DNA of 64,000 nucleotides from an uncultured Gemmatimonadales bacterium (GTDB lineage: Bacteria; Gemmatimonadota; Gemmatimonadetes; Gemmatimonadales; GWC2-71-9). The DNA lies in contig CAVOGR010000002.1 in the NCBI GenBank assembly GCA_963695555.1, positions 352,001 to 416,000 of the forward strand, written 5' to 3'. The notes under the pieces are model-generated. The model searched no databases. It was not told the origin of the DNA and saw only the letters and a program-made list of their open reading frames with translations. This document shows, piece after piece, positions 52,450 through 61,333 of the stretch; position 1 is the first letter of the stretch; each line of letters opens with the position of its first letter. The position numbers and the translations under genes are program-made.

Positions 52450-52845
52450 TCACGAGACCATCAAACACCGGCTCCGCCGTTCGTGCATCCGACCCACAAC
52501 GGAGGCCAGGGTGTCGAGGTCCTGTCCCTTCGGCTCCGTCCACATTAGATCCACTCCGCAGGCAGTCAAGTATTCGGCGACCAGGAGCGAAAGTGGCACT
52601 TCCGTGATCGCGACCATCTGCATGGCAGGGAATTCGAGAGCCATTCGGCCGATCACCCCGAGCAAGCTGCCCTTCGGTGGTTTCCGGAGGTGGAAGATGA
52701 GGACCGGGATCGACCCCAAGGGTTGTTCGCGAACCAAGTCTTCCAACCGGTGGTAACACCTGACCGGGCAACTGCGCCGGGCGAGTCCAGTGGCGATCGA
52801 GGCCCCGGCCTCGGAATCGGAGAGCATCACCGCTTGGGCTTTCAT
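52450..52845 (-). CDS. Hypothetical protein, possibly a degenerate receiver-like fold
   Basis: GAGG RBS; alternating beta/alpha pattern (PVLIFHL, FPAMQMVAIT, GVDLMW) without the acidic phospho-site residues. Confidence 0.6.
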   Translation of the reverse strand: MKAQAVMLSDSEAGASIATGLARRSCPVRCYHRLEDLVREQPLGSIPVLIFHLRKPPKGSLLGVIGRMALEFPAMQMVAITEVPLSLLVAEYLTACGVDLMWTEPKGQDLDTLASVVGRMHERRSRCLMVS

Positions 52846-52917
52846 CGTATCGCCTCGGCATCCTCCAGTACTCCCTGACATTCGAGCCCTCCGATTCGTC
52901 CCTGCGCCAACCCTTAA

Positions 52918-52964
52918 CTCAAGCTCTATGCCAGCCTGGGCTGAACCGACTAAAGCTTTTGATA
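52918..52964 (-). promoter_or_regulatory. sigma54 (-24/-12) promoter with adjacent IHF-like site
   Basis: Minus strand TGGCAT-AGAGC-TTGAG (52933-52918) against TGGCAC-N5-TTGCW; TATCAAAAGCTTT (52964-52952) against WATCAANNNNTTR. Confidence 0.65.
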
Positions 52965-53170
52965 ACAGCAAGATAGGGATCGTGAGCCAAGGTCGCAGAG
53001 CGCCGGATCGGGCGCGAGTGTCGTCGGTTGGTATACAAACCGACGTGGTGGTGTGACGGAACGTCCGCGCGGCGTGGCGGCACAACCTCAAGCCGGCCAG
53101 GGATTTATGGGAAAACGGCGGTCAAGGATGCCTGCCAGACCAGGTGTATACCGATCTGATACGGGTCGGA

Positions 53171-54648
53171 TCAGGCCGAAGAGAGGGGTGCGTGCCCGTT
53201 GTCGTCCTCGTCGTCCGAGCCGGCCCGGGCACGCATCGGCGGGGTGATGCCGTGCTTTCGCATCAGTGCGTGGAGGTTCGGCCGCTGCATGCCGACGGTG
53301 CGGGCCGCCTGCGACACGTTCCACTGGGCGGCCTTCAGGGCCTTGAGGACGAACAGCTTTTCGAGCCGCTCGACGGCTTCGGCCCGGAGCTCCCGCTTCT
53401 TGGCGGCGAGACCCTTGGCGTCGGTGGGAACCTCGTCCCATTCGGCGGTTGGGTGTTCCCCGACCACGGTGGGCAGGTCCTCGAGATCGATCAGGCGGGA
53501 GTCGGCCAAGAGGAACGCGCGTTCCAGCACGTTCTCGAGTTCCCGTACGTTGCCGGGCCAGTCATGGAGTTCGAGCGCCGACATCGCCCGCGGTGTGATT
53601 CCGTCGATCTCCTTCTCGAACTCTTCGGCGAACTGTTTGATGAAGTGGTGGGTGAGTAGTGGATCTCTTCCGTTCGCTCGCGAAGCGGAGGAAGAGGAAT
53701 GGTGAAGACACTCAGGCGATAGAACAGATCTTCCCGGAAGGAGCCTTCGTCCGCCATCTCCTTGAGATCGCGATTGGTCGCCGCGATCAACCGGACGTCG
53801 ACGGTGACGGTTTTGTCGGACCCAACCGGGCGAATTTCCCGTTCCTGGATCAACCGAAGGAGGCTGCCTTGGATTTGCGCCGAAATGGTGCTGATCTCGT
53901 CCAAGAAGAGGGTCCCGCCCCGCGCCGCCTCGACGAGGCCCTTGCGATCTTTCACGGCCCCGGTAAAGGCGCCGCGCACGTGGCCGAAGAGCTCAGATTC
54001 GAGCAAGGACTCGGCGAGCGCCGCACAATCCGCGACCACGAAGGGGGCATCGCGGCGGGGGCTGTTGTAATGGATCGCGCGGGCGATCAATTCCTTCCCG
54101 GTCCCGGTTTCGCCGGAGACGAGGACCGTGCTGTTGGTCGGTGCAACCTTGGCGACGAGCTGCATGACCTTTCGCATGGCGGGTGACGAACAAATGACGT
54201 TGCCGATGCGGTATCGCGACTCGAGTTCGGACCGCAGCCGCCGGGTCAAGCCCAACAAGTGTTTCCGCTCCAGCGCCCGTGCCACCGACACGACCAACTG
54301 GTCCGGGCTCACCGGTTTTTGGAGGTAGTCGGTGGCGCCGAGCTTGACGGCCTCGACCGCGGTCTCGATCGTGGCGTAGCCGGTCACCATGATCACCTCG
54401 GTTTCCGGGGACATGGACCGTGCCTGACGCAGGAAGTCGATACCGTCCATTTCGGGCATCTTGATGTCGAGCAGCAGAAGATCGAATACCTCCTTTTGCA
54501 GGAGATCGAGTCCTGCACGCGGCGACGTGGCCGTGGCGACGCTGTAGCCCTCCTCGGTCAGCACGCGGCGGATGCTCTCGCAGACGACCTCCTCGTCGTC
54601 CACGGTGAGCACGCGCGGGGGCTCGGTCCAGATGTGGTCTTCGGTCAT
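53171..54648 (-). CDS. sigma54-dependent NtrC-family response regulator; apparent frameshift near 53662
   Basis: Receiver (VDDE, LDIKMP), GETGTGKE, ESELFGHVRGAFTGA, FREDLFYRL; WPGNVRELEN and Fis-type HTH continue in a second frame. Confidence 0.92.
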
Positions 54649-56300
54649 GACGCCGCGATGCTTGCAGGTTGTACCGCCACGGGCAAGAGGACGGTAAACT
54701 CCGCCCCGGTCTTCCCGTCGCTGGTTGCGAGAATAGTACCACGGTGCCGGACGATGATTGCCTGGGAGACGGAGAGTCCGAGGCCGGACCCTTGCCCTAC
54801 CGGCTTCGTGGTGAAGAAGGGATCGAAAAGCTTCTTGAGGTCTTCTGGCGCGATTCCCGTGCCGGTGTCGCGCACCCGCACCCGAACCAACTCGTGTCCC
54901 GGGGCTGGGGGAAACTTGACCGTCGCATACGCGCTCCGGTTGACCACGTCCGCGGCAATGGTAATGCGTCCACCCTCGGGCATGGCTTGCACGGCGTTGA
55001 GGAGCAGATTCACCAAGACCTGGGTCAGTTGGACGGTGTTCGCCTCGACGTACGGGAGGTCGGCTTGGACGGAGAGGCCGGTCTCGATGCCACGACCTCG
55101 GATCTCGACCTTGAGAATTTCCAGCGCTCGGTCGATCAGCTTGGGAAGTGCACACAGCTCGATGACCGGTTCCTGCGATTGGTCCCGCGAGAAATCGAGC
55201 AGGGTCCGCACGATGGCCGCGCAGCGGTTTGCCTCGTGCAGGATCATCCGGATGTCGGCGTATTCCTGGGAATCGGGTGGCAGCCGCTTCTGGACCATGT
55301 GAGCGAAGGTCACGATCGCCATCAACGGGCTGTTGAGTTCGTGCGCGATTCCAGCGGCGACGAGACCGACCGAGGACAATTTCTCAGCCTGCACGACCTG
55401 AAACTGGGCCGTCCGCAACTCCTCCGCCTTTTGAGCCACCTTCGTCTCGAGCTCGTGCTGGGAGACGTTCAGGCTCTCGATCATTTCATTGAACGAGCGG
55501 GCAAGGAAGCCGATCTCGTCGGCCGCGCCGCGGGGGACTTGCAGCTTGTAGTCGCCTCCGGCGACCCGATGTGTGGCCGCGATGAGCCGCTTGACCGGCT
55601 GGCGAACATTGTGCCGAACCAGGAGGAACAGCGCGGTCGTGATGACAACAACGGCACCGAGCGAGACCAAGATGGCCTGTCGCGTCGAGGCATAGATCCG
55701 GGCCTGGGTGGGCTCGAGCGACATGGCGACGTCGAGCACGCCGAGGACGCTCTGGGACGTGGGCAACGCATGACAACCCGCCGGGTGGCACCCCTCCTCG
55801 TTCCGGATCACGGCAATGGTCGCCAGCATCTTTTCGCCCTCAGGTTCCGCATAAATGCGAGAGCGGTCTTTCAAATCGAGATTTCGGTAGGGTTCGGACT
55901 CCGTGTGGCACCTGATACAGGCCTCGGCCTGTTTGTCGACCACGCGGCCCACCTCCTCCGGCCGGGAGGAGTACGAGATCCGGCCCTCCTTGTTGAACAA
56001 CCGCACCCACCCGATGCCGGGGTTCTTGCCCACCGATTCGATGACTTCCGTCACCCCCTCGCGCTGGTTCCCAAGCATGTCGTGATTGATGCTGAGACGG
56101 ATCGTTTCCGCGATGCTCTCGGAGCTGTGGATGACCTCGGCGAGGACTTGCTTGCGCTGCGACTGGATGAGGATGAAGGACAGTGTCGCCACGCCGCCGA
56201 GCGTGAGAACACCGGCGAGCACCGCAATCCGGGAGCTGAGGGTCCGGGGTAGCACGCGGATGTAATCCGAGAGTGAGTGGGCAGCGCGCCGCAGGCCCAA
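54645..56300 (-). CDS. Sensor histidine kinase with heme-c-motif periplasmic domain and HAMP
   Basis: Two TMs flank CIRCH and CHPAGCH; DEIG.LA.SFN HAMP; AHELNSPL H-box; NAVQA, DTGTGI, FFTTK, GSGLGL; start uncertain. Confidence 0.92.
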   Translation of the reverse strand: MGLRRAAHSLSDYIRVLPRTLSSRIAVLAGVLTLGGVATLSFILIQSQRKQVLAEVIHSSESIAETIRLSINHDMLGNQREGVTEVIESVGKNPGIGWVRLFNKEGRISYSSRPEEVGRVVDKQAEACIRCHTESEPYRNLDLKDRSRIYAEPEGEKMLATIAVIRNEEGCHPAGCHALPTSQSVLGVLDVAMSLEPTQARIYASTRQAILVSLGAVVVITTALFLLVRHNVRQPVKRLIAATHRVAGGDYKLQVPRGAADEIGFLARSFNEMIESLNVSQHELETKVAQKAEELRTAQFQVVQAEKLSSVGLVAAGIAHELNSPLMAIVTFAHMVQKRLPPDSQEYADIRMILHEANRCAAIVRTLLDFSRDQSQEPVIELCALPKLIDRALEILKVEIRGRGIETGLSVQADLPYVEANTVQLTQVLVNLLLNAVQAMPEGGRITIAADVVNRSAYATVKFPPAPGHELVRVRVRDTGTGIAPEDLKKLFDPFFTTKPVGQGSGLGLSVSQAIIVRHRGTILATSDGKTGAEFTVLLPVAVQPASIAAS

Positions 56301-56372
56301 GGGCTACGGCCTCGACTTCGTGCGGGGAAACCTATCCCGGAGCGAGCCGTTTTGGGAACCGAAGCTCCGGCC

Positions 56373-59300
56373 TCAGCCGGGGCGTCCCATCGCGGCGATC
56401 TGGGCCTCGATCTCGTCGACCAGCGGTTGGAGCGAGGGGTCCGGGGTTTTCCATTGGGCCAACGCCAGGCGGTATTGCTCCTCGGCTTCTGCCGTCCGGC
56501 CGAGCTCCTGGTAGGCCAGGCCGCGCATGACCCGAACCCGACCGATCATCCCCCACCGCGGATCGAACCGGTCGGTGTTGAACTGGGACGGCTCGAAGTT
56601 CCGTAGCAAGTCCAGCGTCGTCCCATACTCCCCCAACATGTAGCGCGCCTGCGCCGCCAGCGGCACTCGATAGTGCTCGGCGAGGTACATCTTCTCTTCT
56701 TTCGCCGTCGCCAGCGTCTCGCTGCCCCGCACCGGCTCGTTGAGCACCTCGCGGGCCCGGACGGTGTCCTTGCGGCTCAGGGCCAAGAGGGCGCGGACCT
56801 CCCGCGCCAGAGCGTGCTCGGTCAGCGCCTGGAATTCGACGAGCGCGGAGGAATCGGCGAACGTAGTGAGGAAGACGCCGAGAGCGGCGGAAGCACCCGA
56901 CATTGCCACCGCATGACGTACTTCCCCCGGGGCCAGGCGGGCCGTTTCCGCGACGGCGTCCCACACCCGCCGCTGCATCGCAACCGGGGCCTCGGTCGCC
57001 GCGTACAGATTGCCCAGCATATTTCGATTCCACCACTCGTCAAAGAACTCGGCGTTTGGCCCGCCCTCTTCGAAATCCAGGGCGCGGCGAACATCGTCCG
57101 CCAACTGAATCGCCTTCGCCGCAGTCGAGATGTCGCCCAGGTACGCGAAGACGTTTGAGCTGGCGGCCACCAGGTTCACCAGGTCGAAGTGCCGGTCCAG
57201 CACGCGGAAGTCGTCCGGGGCAATCGAGTCGAGCGCAGCACGCAACACCTCGGCGGCGCGGTCCGTATTTCCCGCCGCGAGATGCACTCGGGCTTCTCGG
57301 AAGGGAAGGTCTGGTCGCGCCCGCCCGGACTCGAGAGACTGGGCGATTTCGGTCAACGCCAGCGGGTACTCCCCGCTCAAGATGTAGGCATCGATCAAGG
57401 CGTTGTGGGCCCGATCGACGTCGGGCTGGCTTGCGACCCACGTGCGAGCCCGTTGAACGGCGTTGCCCCGGGCCCGCGCGATGGCCCGTGCGAGTTGGGT
57501 CGAGTCGAGCACCCTGCCTTGCGCGGCGTTGTGAGTCGGCGCCAAGGAGTCGCCCGGCATCAACGCGATCAGGCTGTTGGGACGGGCAGCATTGGCGAGC
57601 AACCACATAATGTGGTCGAACGCCAGTGCGTACCCCGGATCGAGCTCCAGCGACCGGGAAAAGGCCCTGAGAGACTTGGTCCAACCCGCCGGCCGGTCTT
57701 CGCCGGGTTGGTGGAACCAGGAATCGCCAAGTCCGTACCACGCATCGGCGTCCGCGGGATTCTGGGCCAGAAGTTCCTCATACAGTCGCCGGGCGCTTGC
57801 GTTGTCACCCTCGATGAACGCCCGGTAGGCTTGGATGACCTTGCGCTCGTGTGCCGGCAGATCGCTCGAATATCGGGTCGCGTGGACCATGGCCCGATTC
57901 GAAATCGAGTCATTGGTTCCGAGGCTCCAGCCACGGGCGAGCGCCAGCTTGTAATACGCCAGGCCAAAGGTGCTGTCGATCGTGACTGCCTGCGCCAGGT
58001 CGGCGATGGCTTCCGAGAGCTCCCACTTGTTGAGGTGGTGCACGCCATTCAAGTAGGCCCGGTACGCTGCCACGGATTCCGTCGTGGCCTTGGCCAAGTC
58101 GGCTTGGACGTCGGTCGGGGCGCCGCTCAGGTTCAAGAGCCGTGTCGCGAGTTGATCGAACGTGGAGCGAACGTCGTCGCCGATCGGCGCGGTCGACTGC
58201 ACCTGGTCTACTCGTGCGCCGGTGGCGACGTCGTAGACCCTGGCCGTGAGGCGTAGCGAGTCTTCGGCCTGCTCGAACTCCCCGGTGACAACGGTCCAGA
58301 CACCGGCGTCCCGCGCCAATCGGCGTGCCTCTTTCAGGCCGATGATCTGACCGGGCACGATCTCCTTGACGGCAAGGAGATCGTGAACCCGCTCCTGGTC
58401 CACCACGGACAAGTCATCCCACTGGGAGAGATTGAGCGCCAACATGCTCACGCTGCCGGAGTTGAGCCAGGCCAGATCCGGGTCGTCCCGAAGATTGTTG
58501 AACGGGAGCACCAAGATCGAGTGCCGTGGGTCGATACCCGCTGGCGGCCGCGGCTCACCCCTGCCAAGCAGCGCAACGGCCGTCGATACGGCAATCAGCG
58601 CCAGCGCCGCAACGGCGACTGCCCAGCGGCGGCCACGAGTGCGGGGCACCTTGGCCGCACCGAGAATGGCCTGACGCACCTCCTCGCCGGTCTGCCACCG
58701 GTCGTCCGGCTGTTTCTCCAGGAGTCGCATGATGATGCCGGCCAGCCTGGGCGGACAGTCGGGGCGGTGCCGCGAGACGGATTCCGGCTTGACGGACAAG
58801 TGGCGAGAGACCACCAAGCGATTGGGCCCCACGAACGGCGGGCTCCCGGTGATCATTTCGTAGCCGAGGATTCCCAAACCATACAAGTCGCTGCGGGAGT
58901 CGATGTCCTCTCCGGCGGCCTGCTCAGGGCTCATGTAGGTCGGCGTTCCGAGCACCATTCCTTCGCCGGTGATCTCGGTTGCTCCGTCTCCGGCGATGAA
59001 CCGTGCGATTCCAAAGTCCACCAGGAGTGCGCGGCCGCTCTCCTCCTCGATCAACACATTTTCGGGCTTGATGTCCCGATGCACCAAGCCGGCCTTCGCG
59101 GCAGCATCCAGGGCCGCCGCCAGGTCCAGGAGAATCCGTTCGGCCACGGCCGTCGGAAGCTGCTTGTCCCGGCCCAAGCGTTCCCGGAGGCTCTCCCCCT
59201 TCACGTAATCCATGACGTAATACACGAGGCCGTCGATTTGGCCGGCGGAATGCACGGACACGATGTTCGGGTGTCTGAGCCGCGCGATCATGCGAGCTTC

Positions 59301-59501
59301 CGCCAGGAAGCGCTGTGTCAATGTCGGATGGTTCGCGAGCTTCGGCTGAACCACCTTGATCGCCACCCGACGATCGAGCGTGGGGTCAGAGGCCAAGAAC
59401 ACCACCCCCATCCCACCCCGGCCGAGTTCTTCCTCGAGCACGTACTGGCCGCCGAGGACGGCCTGGATCTGCTCACGGAGAGCCGATGGAGAGGGCCTCA
59501 C
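56373..59501 (-). CDS. Membrane Ser/Thr protein kinase with TolB_N-like and TPR extracytoplasmic region
   Basis: LGRGGMG, VAIK, HRDIKPEN, DFG, GTPTYMSPEQ; TM; SILVLPFNN; multiple TPR-like repeats. Confidence 0.92.
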   Translation of the reverse strand: MRPSPSALREQIQAVLGGQYVLEEELGRGGMGVVFLASDPTLDRRVAIKVVQPKLANHPTLTQRFLAEARMIARLRHPNIVSVHSAGQIDGLVYYVMDYVKGESLRERLGRDKQLPTAVAERILLDLAAALDAAAKAGLVHRDIKPENVLIEEESGRALLVDFGIARFIAGDGATEITGEGMVLGTPTYMSPEQAAGEDIDSRSDLYGLGILGYEMITGSPPFVGPNRLVVSRHLSVKPESVSRHRPDCPPRLAGIIMRLLEKQPDDRWQTGEEVRQAILGAAKVPRTRGRRWAVAVAALALIAVSTAVALLGRGEPRPPAGIDPRHSILVLPFNNLRDDPDLAWLNSGSVSMLALNLSQWDDLSVVDQERVHDLLAVKEIVPGQIIGLKEARRLARDAGVWTVVTGEFEQAEDSLRLTARVYDVATGARVDQVQSTAPIGDDVRSTFDQLATRLLNLSGAPTDVQADLAKATTESVAAYRAYLNGVHHLNKWELSEAIADLAQAVTIDSTFGLAYYKLALARGWSLGTNDSISNRAMVHATRYSSDLPAHERKVIQAYRAFIEGDNASARRLYEELLAQNPADADAWYGLGDSWFHQPGEDRPAGWTKSLRAFSRSLELDPGYALAFDHIMWLLANAARPNSLIALMPGDSLAPTHNAAQGRVLDSTQLARAIARARGNAVQRARTWVASQPDVDRAHNALIDAYILSGEYPLALTEIAQSLESGRARPDLPFREARVHLAAGNTDRAAEVLRAALDSIAPDDFRVLDRHFDLVNLVAASSNVFAYLGDISTAAKAIQLADDVRRALDFEEGGPNAEFFDEWWNRNMLGNLYAATEAPVAMQRRVWDAVAETARLAPGEVRHAVAMSGASAALGVFLTTFADSSALVEFQALTEHALAREVRALLALSRKDTVRAREVLNEPVRGSETLATAKEEKMYLAEHYRVPLAAQARYMLGEYGTTLDLLRNFEPSQFNTDRFDPRWGMIGRVRVMRGLAYQELGRTAEAEEQYRLALAQWKTPDPSLQPLVDEIEAQIAAMGRPG

Positions 59502-59749
59502 GTCAAGCTCCGGGATTGCGGGTCATAGGAAACCAAACGTCGGACGCCGCCGGGGAGTTTCGACTCGAAACGGACTCCTCGGCGTTCGCCCGGCCACCGG
59601 CTTTCCAACCGTGCCACCAGTTGGACGCCTCAGATAGCCCGGTGGTTGCATTTCGATCCGCTCCCCGATGGGTGTCCCCGGCGCACGGTTGCTTCCTGCT
59701 TGAGGTTCCGGACCTACCCTTCTGACGCATCATGTTCGGGAGAGCTCAC

Positions 59750-60643
59750 ATGACCATGCGCACCAGGGGGCGAGAGTCCCCGCTTCTGGTTGCGACCGTG
59801 CTCCGGCCGGGGGAGCGCACGAGGGTGGAGGCAGCGGGGAATGGCTGCTTCGATGTCCTGCACCGCGATTCCGTGTTCGACGCCATCCGGGTGGTCCGGG
59901 AACGCTCGGTCGACGCCGTGCTCCTCTCGGTCCACCGCTGCGACGAGCCGCACGTGAAGGTAGTGGGCAACCTGGTCCGCGACTTTCCTGGTATTCCCAC
60001 GGTCGCGCTGGTCTCCGAGCACGGGTCAGACTCGAGCCAGAGGCTGCTTCACCTTGGAGCTACCGGCGTCCGCCGGGTCGTCGATGTCAGCGCTCCGGGC
60101 GGCTGGCGGCAACTGCGACACCTCGTCGGGCATCCCACCAGCCGGGCCGTGGCCCAAATCCAAGGCCCCGTTCTCTCGGCTCTCGGGCACGCAACGGATG
60201 ACGCGCGGCACTTCTTCGAGGTGCTCATTCAGGTGGCTCCGGAGACGAGTACCGTGCGCAAGCTGTGTCGACGCCTGCACATCAGACCCAGCACCCTCAT
60301 GTCCCGCTTCGCGCGGGCCGGCTTGCCCTCTCCCAAGGGGTTCCTCGCCTCGGTCCGGCTGCTCCACGCCGCCCACCTGTTTGACTCCCCTGGGTTGTCA
60401 GTCGCCGACGTGGTCTATCGGCTGGACTACTCGTCGCCCCAGAGCTTCGGCCGCCACGTCAGGGCATCGCTCGGCATTACGGCCACGGAGTTCCGACGGC
60501 GATTTCCGTTCCGAACGGCCATTGAACGATTCGTCTCTCTGATGATCACGCCGTATGCGCCAGCGTGGCGGGTGTTTCATCCCCTGAGCCCGGCCGGCAC
60601 CTCGGGCCACTGGACCAAGGCGAGTGAGGCGTTAAGTAGGTAG
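59750..60643 (+). CDS. AraC-type HTH transcriptional regulator with receiver-like N-terminus
   Basis: C-terminal RLLHAAHL...SVADVVYRLDYSSPQSFGRH; N-terminal DAVLLS/PTVALVS alpha/beta domain. Confidence 0.8.
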   Translation: MTMRTRGRESPLLVATVLRPGERTRVEAAGNGCFDVLHRDSVFDAIRVVRERSVDAVLLSVHRCDEPHVKVVGNLVRDFPGIPTVALVSEHGSDSSQRLLHLGATGVRRVVDVSAPGGWRQLRHLVGHPTSRAVAQIQGPVLSALGHATDDARHFFEVLIQVAPETSTVRKLCRRLHIRPSTLMSRFARAGLPSPKGFLASVRLLHAAHLFDSPGLSVADVVYRLDYSSPQSFGRHVRASLGITATEFRRRFPFRTAIERFVSLMITPYAPAWRVFHPLSPAGTSGHWTKASEALSR

Positions 60644-60778
60644 GTGGGTAGGTGGGTAGTACCTGCTACTACGTTTGTGGCCCTAGCCTTATTCGCGGGG
60701 CTGAGTGGCTGAAGCTTACGAAAATGGTGGTGTTGTAATACGGGTGCCGGGACTGCTGGGCTAGGTTGTTGTGCCGTT

Positions 60779-61333
60779 CTAGTCTGGCTCTAGGCCGAGA
60801 TCTTGTATAGTAGCGATTGCTACTACTTCGTACCCACCGGCCTCGATGGCTTGCCTGCCTCCGGCCAACCGATCGACTAGCCCCAGCACTCCCAGCACCT
60901 CCGCTCCGGCTTCCTCTACCGCGGCGATGGCCCGCCGGGCCGAGGCGCCGCTCGTGATCACGTCTTCCACCACCACCACGCGATCGCGCGGGCTCAAGTT
61001 TCCTTCGACTCGGCGCCGCGTGCCGTGGGCTTTTGGGTCCTTGCGCACAGTGAACGCGTCGACCAACGGCGGTGTGGAGCAGCTTGCGGCGGCAATGGCG
61101 TAGGCCACCGGATCGGCTCCGAGGGTCAGGCCACCAACCGCGTTAGGTGCCCATCCGGCGTTCCGAATAGCTGCCAGACCGAGCTGCCCGATCAGCGCCA
61201 GGCCCTCGGCGGACATGGTGGTGCGACGGGCATCGATGTAGTAGCCGGAGTGTTGGCCGCCGGCGAGGTGGAACTCGCCGTGTTGGACCGATCGTCGAAT
61301 GAGGAGCTCGACCAGGCGCGACCGGTCGCTCAC
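60779..61333 (-). CDS. pyrE: Orotate phosphoribosyltransferase
   Basis: GEFHLAGG..S.YYID, GLTLGADP, VRKDPKAHG, VVEDVITSG, LVDR; GTGA overlap with the upstream kinase. Confidence 0.95.
   Translation of the reverse strand: MSDRSRLVELLIRRSVQHGEFHLAGGQHSGYYIDARRTTMSAEGLALIGQLGLAAIRNAGWAPNAVGGLTLGADPVAYAIAAASCSTPPLVDAFTVRKDPKAHGTRRRVEGNLSPRDRVVVVEDVITSGASARRAIAAVEEAGAEVLGVLGLVDRLAGGRQAIEAGGYEVVAIATIQDLGLEPD

Noticed and set aside
53122..53137. Second sigma54-like element TGGCAGGCATCCTTGA (minus strand)
   Set aside because: The -24/-12 spacing is off by one base, and sigma54 spacing is strict.
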